From positions 18,133 to 82,132 of the forward strand of contig JBKPAO010000123.1 of NCBI GenBank assembly GCA_046726475.1: 64,000 nt of DNA, read 5' to 3'. This DNA comes from Gemmatimonadota bacterium (GTDB taxonomy: Bacteria > Gemmatimonadota > Gemmatimonadetes > Gemmatimonadales > GWC2-71-9). Numbering within the stretch: the stretch's first letter is position 1; every line of letters starts with the position of its first letter. The notes under the pieces were generated by a model. That model made no database searches. It was given only the letters and a program-made list of their open reading frames with translations, and was not told where the DNA came from. The translations under genes were made by a program, and so were the position numbers. Below, one piece after another: positions 19,330-29,582 of this stretch.

Positions 19330-20192
19330 AGTCCCTGATCTCCTCCAGCAACCGAGACCGCGACCTTGGGCGCGCCCTTGCGGGCAAATGAGAACTTGTC
19401 GGAGGGGATGAACTGCCGGTCCGCTGAGACCCAGCGAAAGTGCTGGATGTGAACCGAATCTGGATCGAGTGTAACCAGGTTGAACACCGATGGCCTGCCA
19501 CCCCGCTGGCGATAACTGTGAGTGCCCGAGGTGCTCACCGCGACCCCGCCTTCGATCTGGCCGGCGCCCTCGTAATGGTCGTGGCCGCAGAGGATGACGT
19601 CGGCACCGGTATCGACGAGACGCCGATGGGCTGAGCGCCAGCGCGCCAGACCCATCCGTCCAGTCCCGCCGGCCAGAACGTTGTGATGCACGACGAGAAC
19701 CTTTGCCAGCCTGGGCGGAGCCTGGGCGAAGATCTTCTTGACCCGGTTGGTCTCGGACCGGGGAAGATGACCCTTTACCGCAAGGTCCCGAAGATTCCAG
19801 GTGAGGGATCCGAAGGCCACGCCATAGCCGCTCACCGCCCCAACAATCATGGCGCCCGGTACCTCAAGCTGAGGCCGCAGCTCCCCGTAGTAGCGAAGGT
19901 ATTTGGCGTACTTTCGCTTCTCGCCCAGCAATCCGAATGGACTCTTCCACCACTCCACATCATGATTGCCGGGGGCGATGAGTGCCGGTGTCTTCATCCG
20001 CATGCGGTGGAGGAAAATGTGAGCCGCCTGGAACTCCCCGTGTCGGGCGCGCTGGCTCACGTCCCCAGAGATGACGATGGCTGTGGACTGGAGGGTAGGA
20101 AGGAACTCCTCGAGGGCCTCGATCTGCTGGAGGTCAGCATATCCTCCGAAGTGGAGGTCGGAAAGGTGGGCAATCGTGACGACTGAGGTCAT
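19326..20192 (-). CDS. Metallophosphoesterase (calcineurin-like)
   Basis: The motifs appear in the canonical order: AHLSDLHFG, ISGDVS, GNHD, VVHHN, GHDH. Confidence 0.85.
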   Translation of the reverse strand: MTSVVTIAHLSDLHFGGYADLQQIEALEEFLPTLQSTAIVISGDVSQRARHGEFQAAHIFLHRMRMKTPALIAPGNHDVEWWKSPFGLLGEKRKYAKYLRYYGELRPQLEVPGAMIVGAVSGYGVAFGSLTWNLRDLAVKGHLPRSETNRVKKIFAQAPPRLAKVLVVHHNVLAGGTGRMGLARWRSAHRRLVDTGADVILCGHDHYEGAGQIEGGVAVSTSGTHSYRQRGGRPSVFNLVTLDPDSVHIQHFRWVSADRQFIPSDKFSFARKGAPKVAVSVAGGDQGL

Positions 20193-20196
20193 GGCC

Positions 20197-21660
20197 TCAC
20201 CAAATGACTCTGATTCGGTAGGTCAGTACCGCCTCCCCTCGCGCTGGCACCCGAACTCGGAACCGGGTGATGGTTGACGATACCTTTTCGGGCGGTACCG
20301 AGCTCGAGACCACACTCCACTCGCCGGCCCGCTCCTCTTGAACGTCGATTGTCACCGCACTATCAGTCGCGTTCTTCAGGGTGACCCGGTAGTCGGCGGT
20401 CGCGACGGTATGCACACCACGCGACGCCGTACTATCCCGCCGGGTGACGTAGCTGGTTTGGACGCGTTTGGCGGTGAGATCGAACGCAGTCCCGGCATTC
20501 ATTCGTAGGTCGTTGCCAGCGGGAGTATGGTCCAGCGAGGCCTCGCCCACCAGCTGGAGACTGCCGGCGCTGTCCGCCAAATAGATGCGCGCCACGCCGC
20601 CGGGGAGCGGCCGATCTCCAAACTCGGTCTTGCGGGGGCGCTTGAGGGTGTAGGTCACCTCGACGGGTGGTTGGGTTTCCTCGCCCTGCTGCGGCAGAAA
20701 CCCCCAGTACGGGACATCACCGTGCACCACATAGGTTCGCTCGTACTTCGTCTGGGCCGGTTCAAACAGCGCCACCGAAGTGGTGAGCCCCGGGAGGAGC
20801 GTGCTGCGTCCCGGCAGTGAGTATAAGTGAAACTCACCGACCCGCTGCTCGGTCGCGACGTCGCTCATGGCCATCTCGGCCGCCACCCGGGCTTCCTTTC
20901 GCATCAGCGGCCGGGGCGGACCGGGAGGAGGCTGCGCCTGGCCGACCGATCCGGCGAGGAGCTGAATTTCCGCGTTCTCTGCCCGGAGGGATTCGGACGC
21001 TAACACCGCCATACCGGTAACTCGCGCGTTCTGCCGATCCAACAGCACCACCTGATAACTCGCCTGCCAGGAAGCGCCCGTTGTGAAATAACCCAGCCGG
21101 ATCTGATCCTGAGCTCGCGCGCTGCGCACCCCAAGGGCAACGGTCGGGTCCACCACTACCACGTCACTCGGGTAGAGGGCAAGTCCAGGGGGGGTGAAGC
21201 TGATCCGCCCGTCGGGGAGTTGCAGCCGCAGCGGATCGACCCCGAGCACCAGCGCGCTGACGGTGTCCCTCGGATCGGAAAGCCGGAACACCAAGCGCTT
21301 GCCTACCGATCGGCGGAGAACACTCGCCTCGTCGACCGCACCATCGTACGACACGCGTTGCAAGTCGATCGACGAATCCAGCGAAAAGATGCTGGCCGGA
21401 TCCAGCGCTCCCATGGCAAGACGTTGGGTTGAGCTCCCCTTTGGGATATTCGTGGTAACCGTCCGGCGTACCAGTACCCTCCCATCGTTGTAGATCGTGA
21501 GGGAGGTCTGGGCCAGAAGCGGGGAAGCGGGGAAGCAGGGAAGCGGGAAAGCCGCCGCCAGCAGAATCGCTGTCAGTCGCAGCTCTTTCCCGCATTCCCA
21601 CTTTCCCGCAGCCCCGCCCCGCTTCCCTGCTTCCCCGCTTCCCCGCTTCCCGTCTGTCAT
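20197..21660 (-). CDS. DUF4139-like secreted protein
   Basis: LTIYNDGRVLVRR...; the long beta-rich body resembles the DUF4139/TIGR02231 family. The N-terminal 50 codons, including the signal-like LTAILLAAAFPLPCFPASPLLAQ, are encoded by a repeat element (see findings). Confidence 0.65.
   Translation of the reverse strand: MTDGKRGSGEAGKRGGAAGKWECGKELRLTAILLAAAFPLPCFPASPLLAQTSLTIYNDGRVLVRRTVTTNIPKGSSTQRLAMGALDPASIFSLDSSIDLQRVSYDGAVDEASVLRRSVGKRLVFRLSDPRDTVSALVLGVDPLRLQLPDGRISFTPPGLALYPSDVVVVDPTVALGVRSARAQDQIRLGYFTTGASWQASYQVVLLDRQNARVTGMAVLASESLRAENAEIQLLAGSVGQAQPPPGPPRPLMRKEARVAAEMAMSDVATEQRVGEFHLYSLPGRSTLLPGLTTSVALFEPAQTKYERTYVVHGDVPYWGFLPQQGEETQPPVEVTYTLKRPRKTEFGDRPLPGGVARIYLADSAGSLQLVGEASLDHTPAGNDLRMNAGTAFDLTAKRVQTSYVTRRDSTASRGVHTVATADYRVTLKNATDSAVTIDVQEERAGEWSVVSSSVPPEKVSSTITRFRVRVPARGEAVLTYRIRVIW
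21516..21652. repeat. Inverted GGGGAAGC arrays containing a perfect 29-nt inverted repeat
   Basis: 21516-21544 (GAAGCGGGGAAGCGGGGAAGCAGGGAAGC) is the exact reverse complement of 21621-21649. The two copies are 76 nt apart, with further degenerate units flanking them. Confidence 0.9.
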
Positions 21661-21947
21661 TTCAAATACTCCATCCCGATCGCGGTCGCGATCCGCCGGA
21701 CGATGATGTACGTGGCCAGCACGGCGATTGCCCCATAGAACCGTGCCATCGGGGTGGCAGGCACCCGAAGGATGACGTATCCCGCCATGAGAACCGTTGC
21801 GGCGAGGGAGATGCGGTTGGCCAGCCTTCTTGCACGGCCTTTTCTCTCAGCAAGGCAGTCCGGGCAGAGCGCACCCCACCCCAGCCCTCGGATTCTGCGC
21901 CCGCAGCGAACGCAGGGAACCTCAGGCAGCCCGCTGAGCGACGGCAT
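21657..21947 (-). CDS. Small zinc-ribbon plus two-TM membrane protein (hypothetical)
   Basis: CVRCGRR...CPDC (a CxxC...CxxC pair) followed by two hydrophobic helices. It overlaps the 3' end of the dehydrogenase gene by 26 nt. Confidence 0.45.
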   Translation of the reverse strand: MPSLSGLPEVPCVRCGRRIRGLGWGALCPDCLAERKGRARRLANRISLAATVLMAGYVILRVPATPMARFYGAIAVLATYIIVRRIATAIGMEYLK

Positions 21948-22938
21948 TGCCGAACTCCTGGGTCGTGGCCGTCCCGCCGAGGTCGCGAGTGCGAATCCCG
22001 TCGCGAACGATGGTGGTGATGATCGCGTTGCGAATCCGCTCCGCGCGGTCGAGCTCGCCCAGATGATCCAGCATCATAGCAGCCGCGAACATCTGAGCCG
22101 ACGGATTGGCGATGCCTTTGCCTGCGATGTCGGGCGCGCTGCCATGCACCGCCTCGAAGATGGCGGCCTTGGTCCCGATGTTGGCTCCAGGCGCGAGACC
22201 GAGCCCTCCGACCAGGCCTGACACCTCGTCGCTCAGGATGTCCCCGAACATGTTGGTGGTCACCATGACATCGAACTGCTCGGGCCGGAGCACCAGCTGC
22301 ATCGCGGTGTTGTCGACGATCATGTCATTGGACTCGACCCGTCCCGCATACTCCTGAGCTACTGCGCGGCCCACTTCGAGGAACAGTCCGCTGACCATTT
22401 TGAGAATGTTGGCCTTATGGACGATGGTGACCTTCCTCCGGCCGTGCTTCAACGCGTATTCGAAGGCATACCGAATGATCCGCTCGCACCCGCGGCGGGT
22501 CACGATGGCCATCGACTCCCCTACTGCGCGGGGATCGTCGCCGATGGCGACGAAATGCTCGACCCCGATGTAAAGGCCTTCGAGGTTTTCCCGCACCAGG
22601 ACGATGTCTACGTTTTCGAACCTGCCGCCCGGAATGATGGTGCGGGCGGGCCGAATGTTGGCGAACAACTCGAACTCTTTCCGAAGGCCAACGTTGACCG
22701 AGCGAAAGCCGGTCCCGACTGGGGTGGTGAGTGGCCCTTTCAAGGCGAGGGCGTTCTTGCGGATGCTATCGACGGTGGCGTCCGGGAGCGGCGTGCCGGT
22801 TGCATCGACCGCCGCCATGCCGGCCAGCTCCTCATCCCAATTGAACCGCACCCCGGTCGCCTTCAGCACCTTCATTGTTTCGGCAGTTATCTCGGGCCCA
22901 ATACCGTCCCCAGGGATGAGCGTCACATCGTATGTCAT
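21922..22938 (-). CDS. Isocitrate/isopropylmalate dehydrogenase family protein, NAD-IDH / homoisocitrate-DH-like
   Basis: [17 protein letters not shown]..., ...LKGPLTTP...RS.NV.LR...LFAN.RP..., [23 protein letters not shown]...[22 protein letters not shown] 22938 overlaps the upstream stop (ATGA). Confidence 0.85.
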   Translation of the reverse strand: MTYDVTLIPGDGIGPEITAETMKVLKATGVRFNWDEELAGMAAVDATGTPLPDATVDSIRKNALALKGPLTTPVGTGFRSVNVGLRKEFELFANIRPARTIIPGGRFENVDIVLVRENLEGLYIGVEHFVAIGDDPRAVGESMAIVTRRGCERIIRYAFEYALKHGRRKVTIVHKANILKMVSGLFLEVGRAVAQEYAGRVESNDMIVDNTAMQLVLRPEQFDVMVTTNMFGDILSDEVSGLVGGLGLAPGANIGTKAAIFEAVHGSAPDIAGKGIANPSAQMFAAAMMLDHLGELDRAERIRNAIITTIVRDGIRTRDLGGTATTQEFGNAVAQRAA

Positions 22939-23603
22939 GGTCCGGCGGTGGTCGGAAGTACCGCTGCCATCGCGGCACCGAGCGCTTGGTCGAGCGAGCG
23001 TCCCCGCCCGTACGCTACCGACCGCCACAAGACTTTCCCGTTGCGCGCGTCAGCCAACACCAAGGTGAGATCGGCGCGTATCTGACCATCGGCCTCGGGT
23101 CCAAAGCCGAGTGAAGCGGGAACCAGAGCCATTCGCCCGTCAGTGAGCGCCACCAAACCCCGCAGCGACGACCGCAGCGGATCGGGAATCTTGGTGAGTC
23201 CGGGGGAGCGAAGGACCGCCTGCCCCATCTGATCGGGGTCTTCGACGAACCCCGCCGACCGCCGGGCGATCTTTCGGAGCTGGGGAGGAAGCACCCAATT
23301 CACCTCCGGGCTTCGAGTGCGGAATCCCTCGCTGATCAGCGAGTCGGCCCGCGAGAGCGCGGCCCGATGTTCTCGGTAGGGAGCGTAGACGGAGTCGGAC
23401 TCAAGAGACGGATCGGCAACCACAAGGGTCAGCGGAAGGACCGCGATGGTTTGCCCCGCCAGCTGCGGGGTCGGCAGAGCCGCCACCGGCGGCAGCGGCT
23501 TGAGTTCGGGCTTGGGATCATTTTGGGCCTGGGCTCGGCAGGCGAACAGCGCCAGGACCCCCACGCACAGCGTGGGCGAAGGTCTTCGGATGATGGAAGG
23601 CAT
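22935..23603 (-). CDS. Hypothetical secreted protein
   Basis: Signal peptide (PTLCVGVLALFACRAQAQ). No family recognised. It is translationally coupled to the dehydrogenase gene. Confidence 0.5.
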   Translation of the reverse strand: MPSIIRRPSPTLCVGVLALFACRAQAQNDPKPELKPLPPVAALPTPQLAGQTIAVLPLTLVVADPSLESDSVYAPYREHRAALSRADSLISEGFRTRSPEVNWVLPPQLRKIARRSAGFVEDPDQMGQAVLRSPGLTKIPDPLRSSLRGLVALTDGRMALVPASLGFGPEADGQIRADLTLVLADARNGKVLWRSVAYGRGRSLDQALGAAMAAVLPTTAGP

Positions 23604-23626
23604 GCAAAAACGTAAACGGGAAGGCG

Positions 23627-23719
23627 GTAAACAGTAAACAGTGAACAGTAAAACAGTGAACCAGCGAGCGTGAACGGGGCAGCTCGCTCACTGTTCACTC
23701 TTCACTGTTCACTGTTCAC
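23627..23719. repeat. Inverted pair of tandem heptamer arrays (GTAAACA/GTGAACA family) with a central hairpin
   Basis: Left arm: GTAAACA GTAAACA GTGAACA GTAAAACA GTGAACC. Centre: AGCGAGC-N12-GCTCGCT. Right arm: CAC TGTTCAC TCTTCAC TGTTCAC TGTTCAC. The unit is the same as at 2019-2108. The element sits just downstream of the SDR gene stop. Confidence 0.9.
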
Positions 23720-23723
23720 GCTC

Positions 23724-24590
23724 TCACTCTAAGGAAAGGCCTCCGTCCACGACGATCGTCTGTCCGGTAATGTGCCGGGCGGAGTCGGAGCAAAGGAAAG
23801 AGATGACATGGGCCACGTCATCCGGTTCAGCCACGCGCCCGAGAACCGAGCTCTTCTGCGCCCGTTCGATTACTTCCGAGGGGAGCATGGCCATGCGCTC
23901 GGTCCGGATAAAGCCGGGCGCGACCGCATTGACGTTGACACTGGCTGGACCGAGCTCCACTGCGGCTGCGCGGGTAAGACCCTGGAGGGCAGCCTTGCTC
24001 GCGGCATAGTTCGCGACGCCGAAACCCGGCCGGTCCGCTTGATGGGCGCTTACGCTGACGATCTTGCCGTAGTGCTGCGAGCGAAAGATCGGCGCGACGG
24101 CGCGGATGCAATTGAAGGCGCCGGTCACATTGGTATCGAGGACGTCGCCCCACGCCTCCCGCGAGAGTCGCCAGAGTGCCCCATCGTTCGCGATCCCTGC
24201 GTTGTTGATGAGGAAGTGGACCCCGCCGAGCCTCTGCTTGGTTTCACCGACGAACTGCTCCACCGCCTCCCGGTCGCGGACGTCGCAGCGGCGGGCGTAG
24301 ACCTGGATGCCCATGGCGCTGAGCGCGGTCTCGGTGAGAAGCGCCTGCTCGCTCACATCCCGTCCCGGCATGTTGACGAAGCAGAAGGCGACGTGACACC
24401 CCAGCCGGCCGAACTCGATCGATATGTGCCTGCCGAGTCCGGTGGCTCCGCCGGTCACGATGGCAACTTTGCCGCGCCAGCCCTTGGTGAGCGGCTGCGG
24501 GCGAGGTTCCTCGAGAGCGGCACCAGCCCCTTCCGGTGCCTCGTACTCCCACGAGGGCCGGTGACCGAAGCCGAATGATGGCAATGGCAT
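23724..24590 (-). CDS. SDR family oxidoreductase (FabG-like)
   Basis: TGGATGLG cofactor motif, NNAG, and a YxxxK-type motif (YAASKAAL). The ~40 aa N-terminal extension makes the start uncertain. Confidence 0.8.
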   Translation of the reverse strand: MPLPSFGFGHRPSWEYEAPEGAGAALEEPRPQPLTKGWRGKVAIVTGGATGLGRHISIEFGRLGCHVAFCFVNMPGRDVSEQALLTETALSAMGIQVYARRCDVRDREAVEQFVGETKQRLGGVHFLINNAGIANDGALWRLSREAWGDVLDTNVTGAFNCIRAVAPIFRSQHYGKIVSVSAHQADRPGFGVANYAASKAALQGLTRAAAVELGPASVNVNAVAPGFIRTERMAMLPSEVIERAQKSSVLGRVAEPDDVAHVISFLCSDSARHITGQTIVVDGGLSLE

Positions 24591-24662
24591 GGAATCCGAA
24601 GGTACGAGGCGAATTAGGGAGTGGCAAGGTCGGGAAAGTCAGCGGTCGCGTCCTCCTCTGCC

Positions 24663-24697
24663 CTCTCACCTCTCACCTCTTACCTCTTACCTTTCGG
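24663..24697. repeat. Tandem heptamer array CTCTYAC x4-5
   Basis: CTCTCAC CTCTCAC CTCTTAC CTCTTAC CTTTCGG, immediately upstream of the cstA ATG. A degenerate complementary stretch (GGTACGAGGCGAAT...) lies at about 24601-24640. Confidence 0.8.
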
Positions 24698-24699
24698 CC

Positions 24700-26737
<2,038 letters not shown>

Positions 26738-26739
<2 letters not shown>

Positions 26740-26840
26740 GCGGAAAGAGCGGAAGTTGCGGAAGGAGCGGACTGAACTTGGACGAGGGTTCGCTGCGTCA
26801 GTGCCTGCCGCCCGTTCCGCTCTTTCCGCCTTTTCCGCCC
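26738..26840. repeat. Inverted GAGCGGAA-type arrays between cstA and the ybdD-like gene
   Basis: Left arm 26738-26771 is GAGCGGAAAGAGCGGAAGTTGCGGAAGGAGCGGA. Right arm 26815-26840 is TTCCGCTCTTTCCGCCTTTTCCGCCC. The spacer is about 43 nt. Confidence 0.8.
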
Positions 26841-27019
26841 ACAGTCTCGTACATTCGTTCCTATTCTGGCTCCGCCGAATCGCCGGAATGCCCGATTATG
26901 AGGCCCATATCGAGCATCTGCGACGGTGTCATCCGGATTACCCCATTCCCACCGAACGACAGTACTTCGAGCAGTTCCTCGAGTCACGCTACCACGATGG
27001 ACCGACTCGCTGCTGCTGA
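26801..27019 (+). CDS. ybdD: YbdD/YjiX family small protein (CstA-associated)
   Basis: The C-terminal part GMPDYEAHIEHLRRCHPDYPIPTERQYFEQFLESRYHDGPTRCC* parallels E. coli YbdD (..GMPDYDNYVEHMR..HPD..PMTYEEFF.ERQ.ARYGG...RCC). The start is uncertain: GTG 26801, ATG 26888, or the track's 26714. Confidence 0.7.
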   Translation: MPAARSALSAFSAHSLVHSFLFWLRRIAGMPDYEAHIEHLRRCHPDYPIPTERQYFEQFLESRYHDGPTRCC

Positions 27020-27040
27020 GCCGGGTCGCGACACTTTTCC

Positions 27041-27069
27041 TTGACACCCGTCGATCCCCGCCGTAGGCT
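27041..27069 (+). promoter_or_regulatory. Candidate sigma70-type promoter for the TPR lipoprotein gene
   Basis: TTGACA (27041-27046), a 17-nt spacer, then TAGGCT (27064-27069), about 90 nt upstream of ATG 27161. Pattern match only. Confidence 0.3.
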
Positions 27070-27160
27070 AGCACTCTAATCGCCCCAACAAGCCTGTGAT
27101 CCGCTGCCGTGGTGCCGTTGGCATCGCGGGGTTTTGTCGCTTTTATCCCAGGAGGTCCTA

Positions 27161-28708
27161 ATGGAAAGTGCACTCACTTTGCGTGCCTGGCTCACGGCGT
27201 GTGGTGTGGTCTCGATCCTTGCCGGCTGTGACCGACCCAAAGCGGATGCGGCCAAGGAAACAGGCGCGGTCGTGCAGGACAGCAGCATGGACCAGAGCGC
27301 CAGCAGCACAGCGAACAAGGGCAAGATCCCTCTCACCACGAAGTCGGACGAGGCCAAGAAGCTCTATGCCGAGGGTCTCGCTCAGTTCGATCAGGTCCGG
27401 GTTCACGATGCCCATCAGAAATTCAAGCAGGCGGCTGCCAAGGATCCGAAGTTCGCCATGGCGCATTACCAGCTCGCGTTGACCTCCCCTTCGAACAAGG
27501 AGGCGCAGGTCCATGTGAAGCACGCGGTAGATCTCGCCGGGACCGCTTCAGAGGGAGAGCGGTTGGCAATCCTTGGTCTTCAGGCAGGCTTCAACGCCGA
27601 TCCCGCCAAGTCGCTCGAGTATGCTCAGGAAGCAGTTCAGAAGTATCCCGAGGACGAACGCGCCAGACTGAATCTCGGCTTTGGGTATGCCGGTCGGCAG
27701 GACTATCAGAAAGCGGTGGACGAGCTGAACAAGGCGATCGAGCTCGACCCGAATTTCTCCCCGGCTTATAACGCCCTGGGATATGCCTATCGCCCGATGG
27801 GCAACTACCCGGAGGCGGAGAAGGCGTTCAAGAAGTACATCGAGCTGGTTCCTAACGATCCCAACCCGTATGACTCCTATGCCGAACTGCTGATGAAGAC
27901 CGGGCGATTCGACGAGTCCATTGCACAGTACCGCAAGGCACTCGCCATCGATCCTCACTTCAGCAACTCGCATTACGGCATAGCCAGTAATCTGATGTTC
28001 CAGGGTAAGCACGACCAAGCCCTAGCCGAGGCGCAGAAACTGACCGCCGCCGCCCAGAACGACGGCGATCGTCGTCTCGCCTTCTTCACTCGAATGGTCG
28101 TGTATGCCGATCAGGGGAAGACCGACCTGGCGCAGAAAGAAATGGAGAAACAGTACGCACTCGACTCAAAAATCAACGACCCTGCTCAGATGGCAGGGGA
28201 CGCGCAGGCAATCGGGTTGATTCTGTTGGCGGCCGGCAAGGTCGATGAGGCCGGGAAGCGCTTCCAGCAGGCCCGGGACCTGCAGGTGAACTCCAGTCTC
28301 CCGCAAGAAGCAAAAGACGATGCGGTGCTCGGCTATCACTACGACCTCGGACGCCTAGCCCTGGCCAAGCAGGACTTAGCGAAGGCAAAGTCGGAGGCTG
28401 CGGAGTACCTCAAGGGAGCGGAAGCCAAGAAGAATGATTTCCGCATCCGGCAGGGGCACGAGCTCGCCGGGACCGTTGCTTCGGCAGAGAAGAACTACGA
28501 CGAGGCGATCAAGGAGCTGGAGCAGGCCAACCAGCAGGATCCCTATGTGCTATATGTCCTGGCCCTGGCGTATCAGGGTAAGGGCGACACTGCCAAGGCT
28601 AAGGAGACGTTCAAGCAGGCGGCCGAATCGTACACCCTGCCGACCCTGAACTACGCCCTGATCAGGGCGAAGGCGAAGCAGCAGGCAGGTTCTCAACCCA
28701 CGTCGTAA
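27161..28708 (+). CDS. TPR-repeat lipoprotein
   Basis: AGGAGG lies 5 nt upstream of ATG 27161. Lipobox SILAGC. There are multiple TPR units (A...Y.LA......A...A...A..LDP.F..AY..LG.AY). Confidence 0.8.
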   Translation: MESALTLRAWLTACGVVSILAGCDRPKADAAKETGAVVQDSSMDQSASSTANKGKIPLTTKSDEAKKLYAEGLAQFDQVRVHDAHQKFKQAAAKDPKFAMAHYQLALTSPSNKEAQVHVKHAVDLAGTASEGERLAILGLQAGFNADPAKSLEYAQEAVQKYPEDERARLNLGFGYAGRQDYQKAVDELNKAIELDPNFSPAYNALGYAYRPMGNYPEAEKAFKKYIELVPNDPNPYDSYAELLMKTGRFDESIAQYRKALAIDPHFSNSHYGIASNLMFQGKHDQALAEAQKLTAAAQNDGDRRLAFFTRMVVYADQGKTDLAQKEMEKQYALDSKINDPAQMAGDAQAIGLILLAAGKVDEAGKRFQQARDLQVNSSLPQEAKDDAVLGYHYDLGRLALAKQDLAKAKSEAAEYLKGAEAKKNDFRIRQGHELAGTVASAEKNYDEAIKELEQANQQDPYVLYVLALAYQGKGDTAKAKETFKQAAESYTLPTLNYALIRAKAKQQAGSQPTS

Positions 28709-29582
28709 GCCATTTGCCGGTCCGCGAGATCACCGCGGAGCTGTCGTTGGCCAGAAAGTCGTAGCCCCCCCGGGCGAGGCTGGAGTCGGCGTAAATGCCT
28801 CGCCTGCGGGCTTCCTCCCTGGCGCCATCCAGCGCCTGAAGACTCTCCCGGGTTCCGATCCACAGTAGCCCATCGGACGCGCGAACGGCGTAACGCTTGG
28901 GAATCCCGAAGCTGTCGGGTGCCACGTACACCCGGGTGAGCAGTGGGATCAGCTTCGGATCGGTGAAATAGGAGAGCAACGTCAGATATCGGACCCGGAA
29001 CTCCTCCGAGTCGGCGCTGCGGAATCTCGCCACCACCGAATCGGCAGCACCAGCATCCAACCGCCCGAGCACCCAGGCGTCGCCGTGGTCGTAGTGCTTC
29101 TTGGGAACGCGGCTCAGGATGTCAGCTAGCACCGAGGAGTCCCCCGAGACCCCCCGTCGCCGCTCCAGAAGGATGGCGTGCAGTGAGGGAAGCACGTCGT
29201 CCGCGGTGAGCCCGGGATTCGCCGGGAATGGTGGGAAGGGAGCCTGCGCCAGATGGCGCTCCATCCTGGCCGCACTGTCCGCGTAAGCCTTGCTTCTCAG
29301 CTCCGCAAGACGAGTGAGCGCCACCAGGCCCGAATTCCAGTCCCCGGTTCCTCGTAGCGACAACCGGGCCAGACGCCAGAGATGGCGCGGTGACTTTGAT
29401 CGAAGGATGGCGGCCATCGAATCGGCCCGAGGGGTGCCTGCCTGCAACGCCTCGTGCAGCTCGGAGTAGGTCGCCCGCGCCGAATCGCCTACTCGGACCT
29501 GTACCTGGGCTCCGACGGAAGACGCAGAGACGCTGAGCGCGGCCAACAGAAGGCCCGAGGAACGCAGCGGCCCGATGCTCAG
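28662..29582 (-). CDS. Hypothetical secreted protein
   Basis: Signal-like segment LLLAALSVSASSVGAQ. No family recognised. The start is uncertain: the track's 29657 would overlap the MFS gene by 79 nt, and CTG 29582 is one alternative. The 3' end overlaps the convergent TPR gene by 47 nt. Confidence 0.4.
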   Translation of the reverse strand: MSIGPLRSSGLLLAALSVSASSVGAQVQVRVGDSARATYSELHEALQAGTPRADSMAAILRSKSPRHLWRLARLSLRGTGDWNSGLVALTRLAELRSKAYADSAARMERHLAQAPFPPFPANPGLTADDVLPSLHAILLERRRGVSGDSSVLADILSRVPKKHYDHGDAWVLGRLDAGAADSVVARFRSADSEEFRVRYLTLLSYFTDPKLIPLLTRVYVAPDSFGIPKRYAVRASDGLLWIGTRESLQALDGAREEARRRGIYADSSLARGGYDFLANDSSAVISRTGKWLTTWVENLPAASPSP

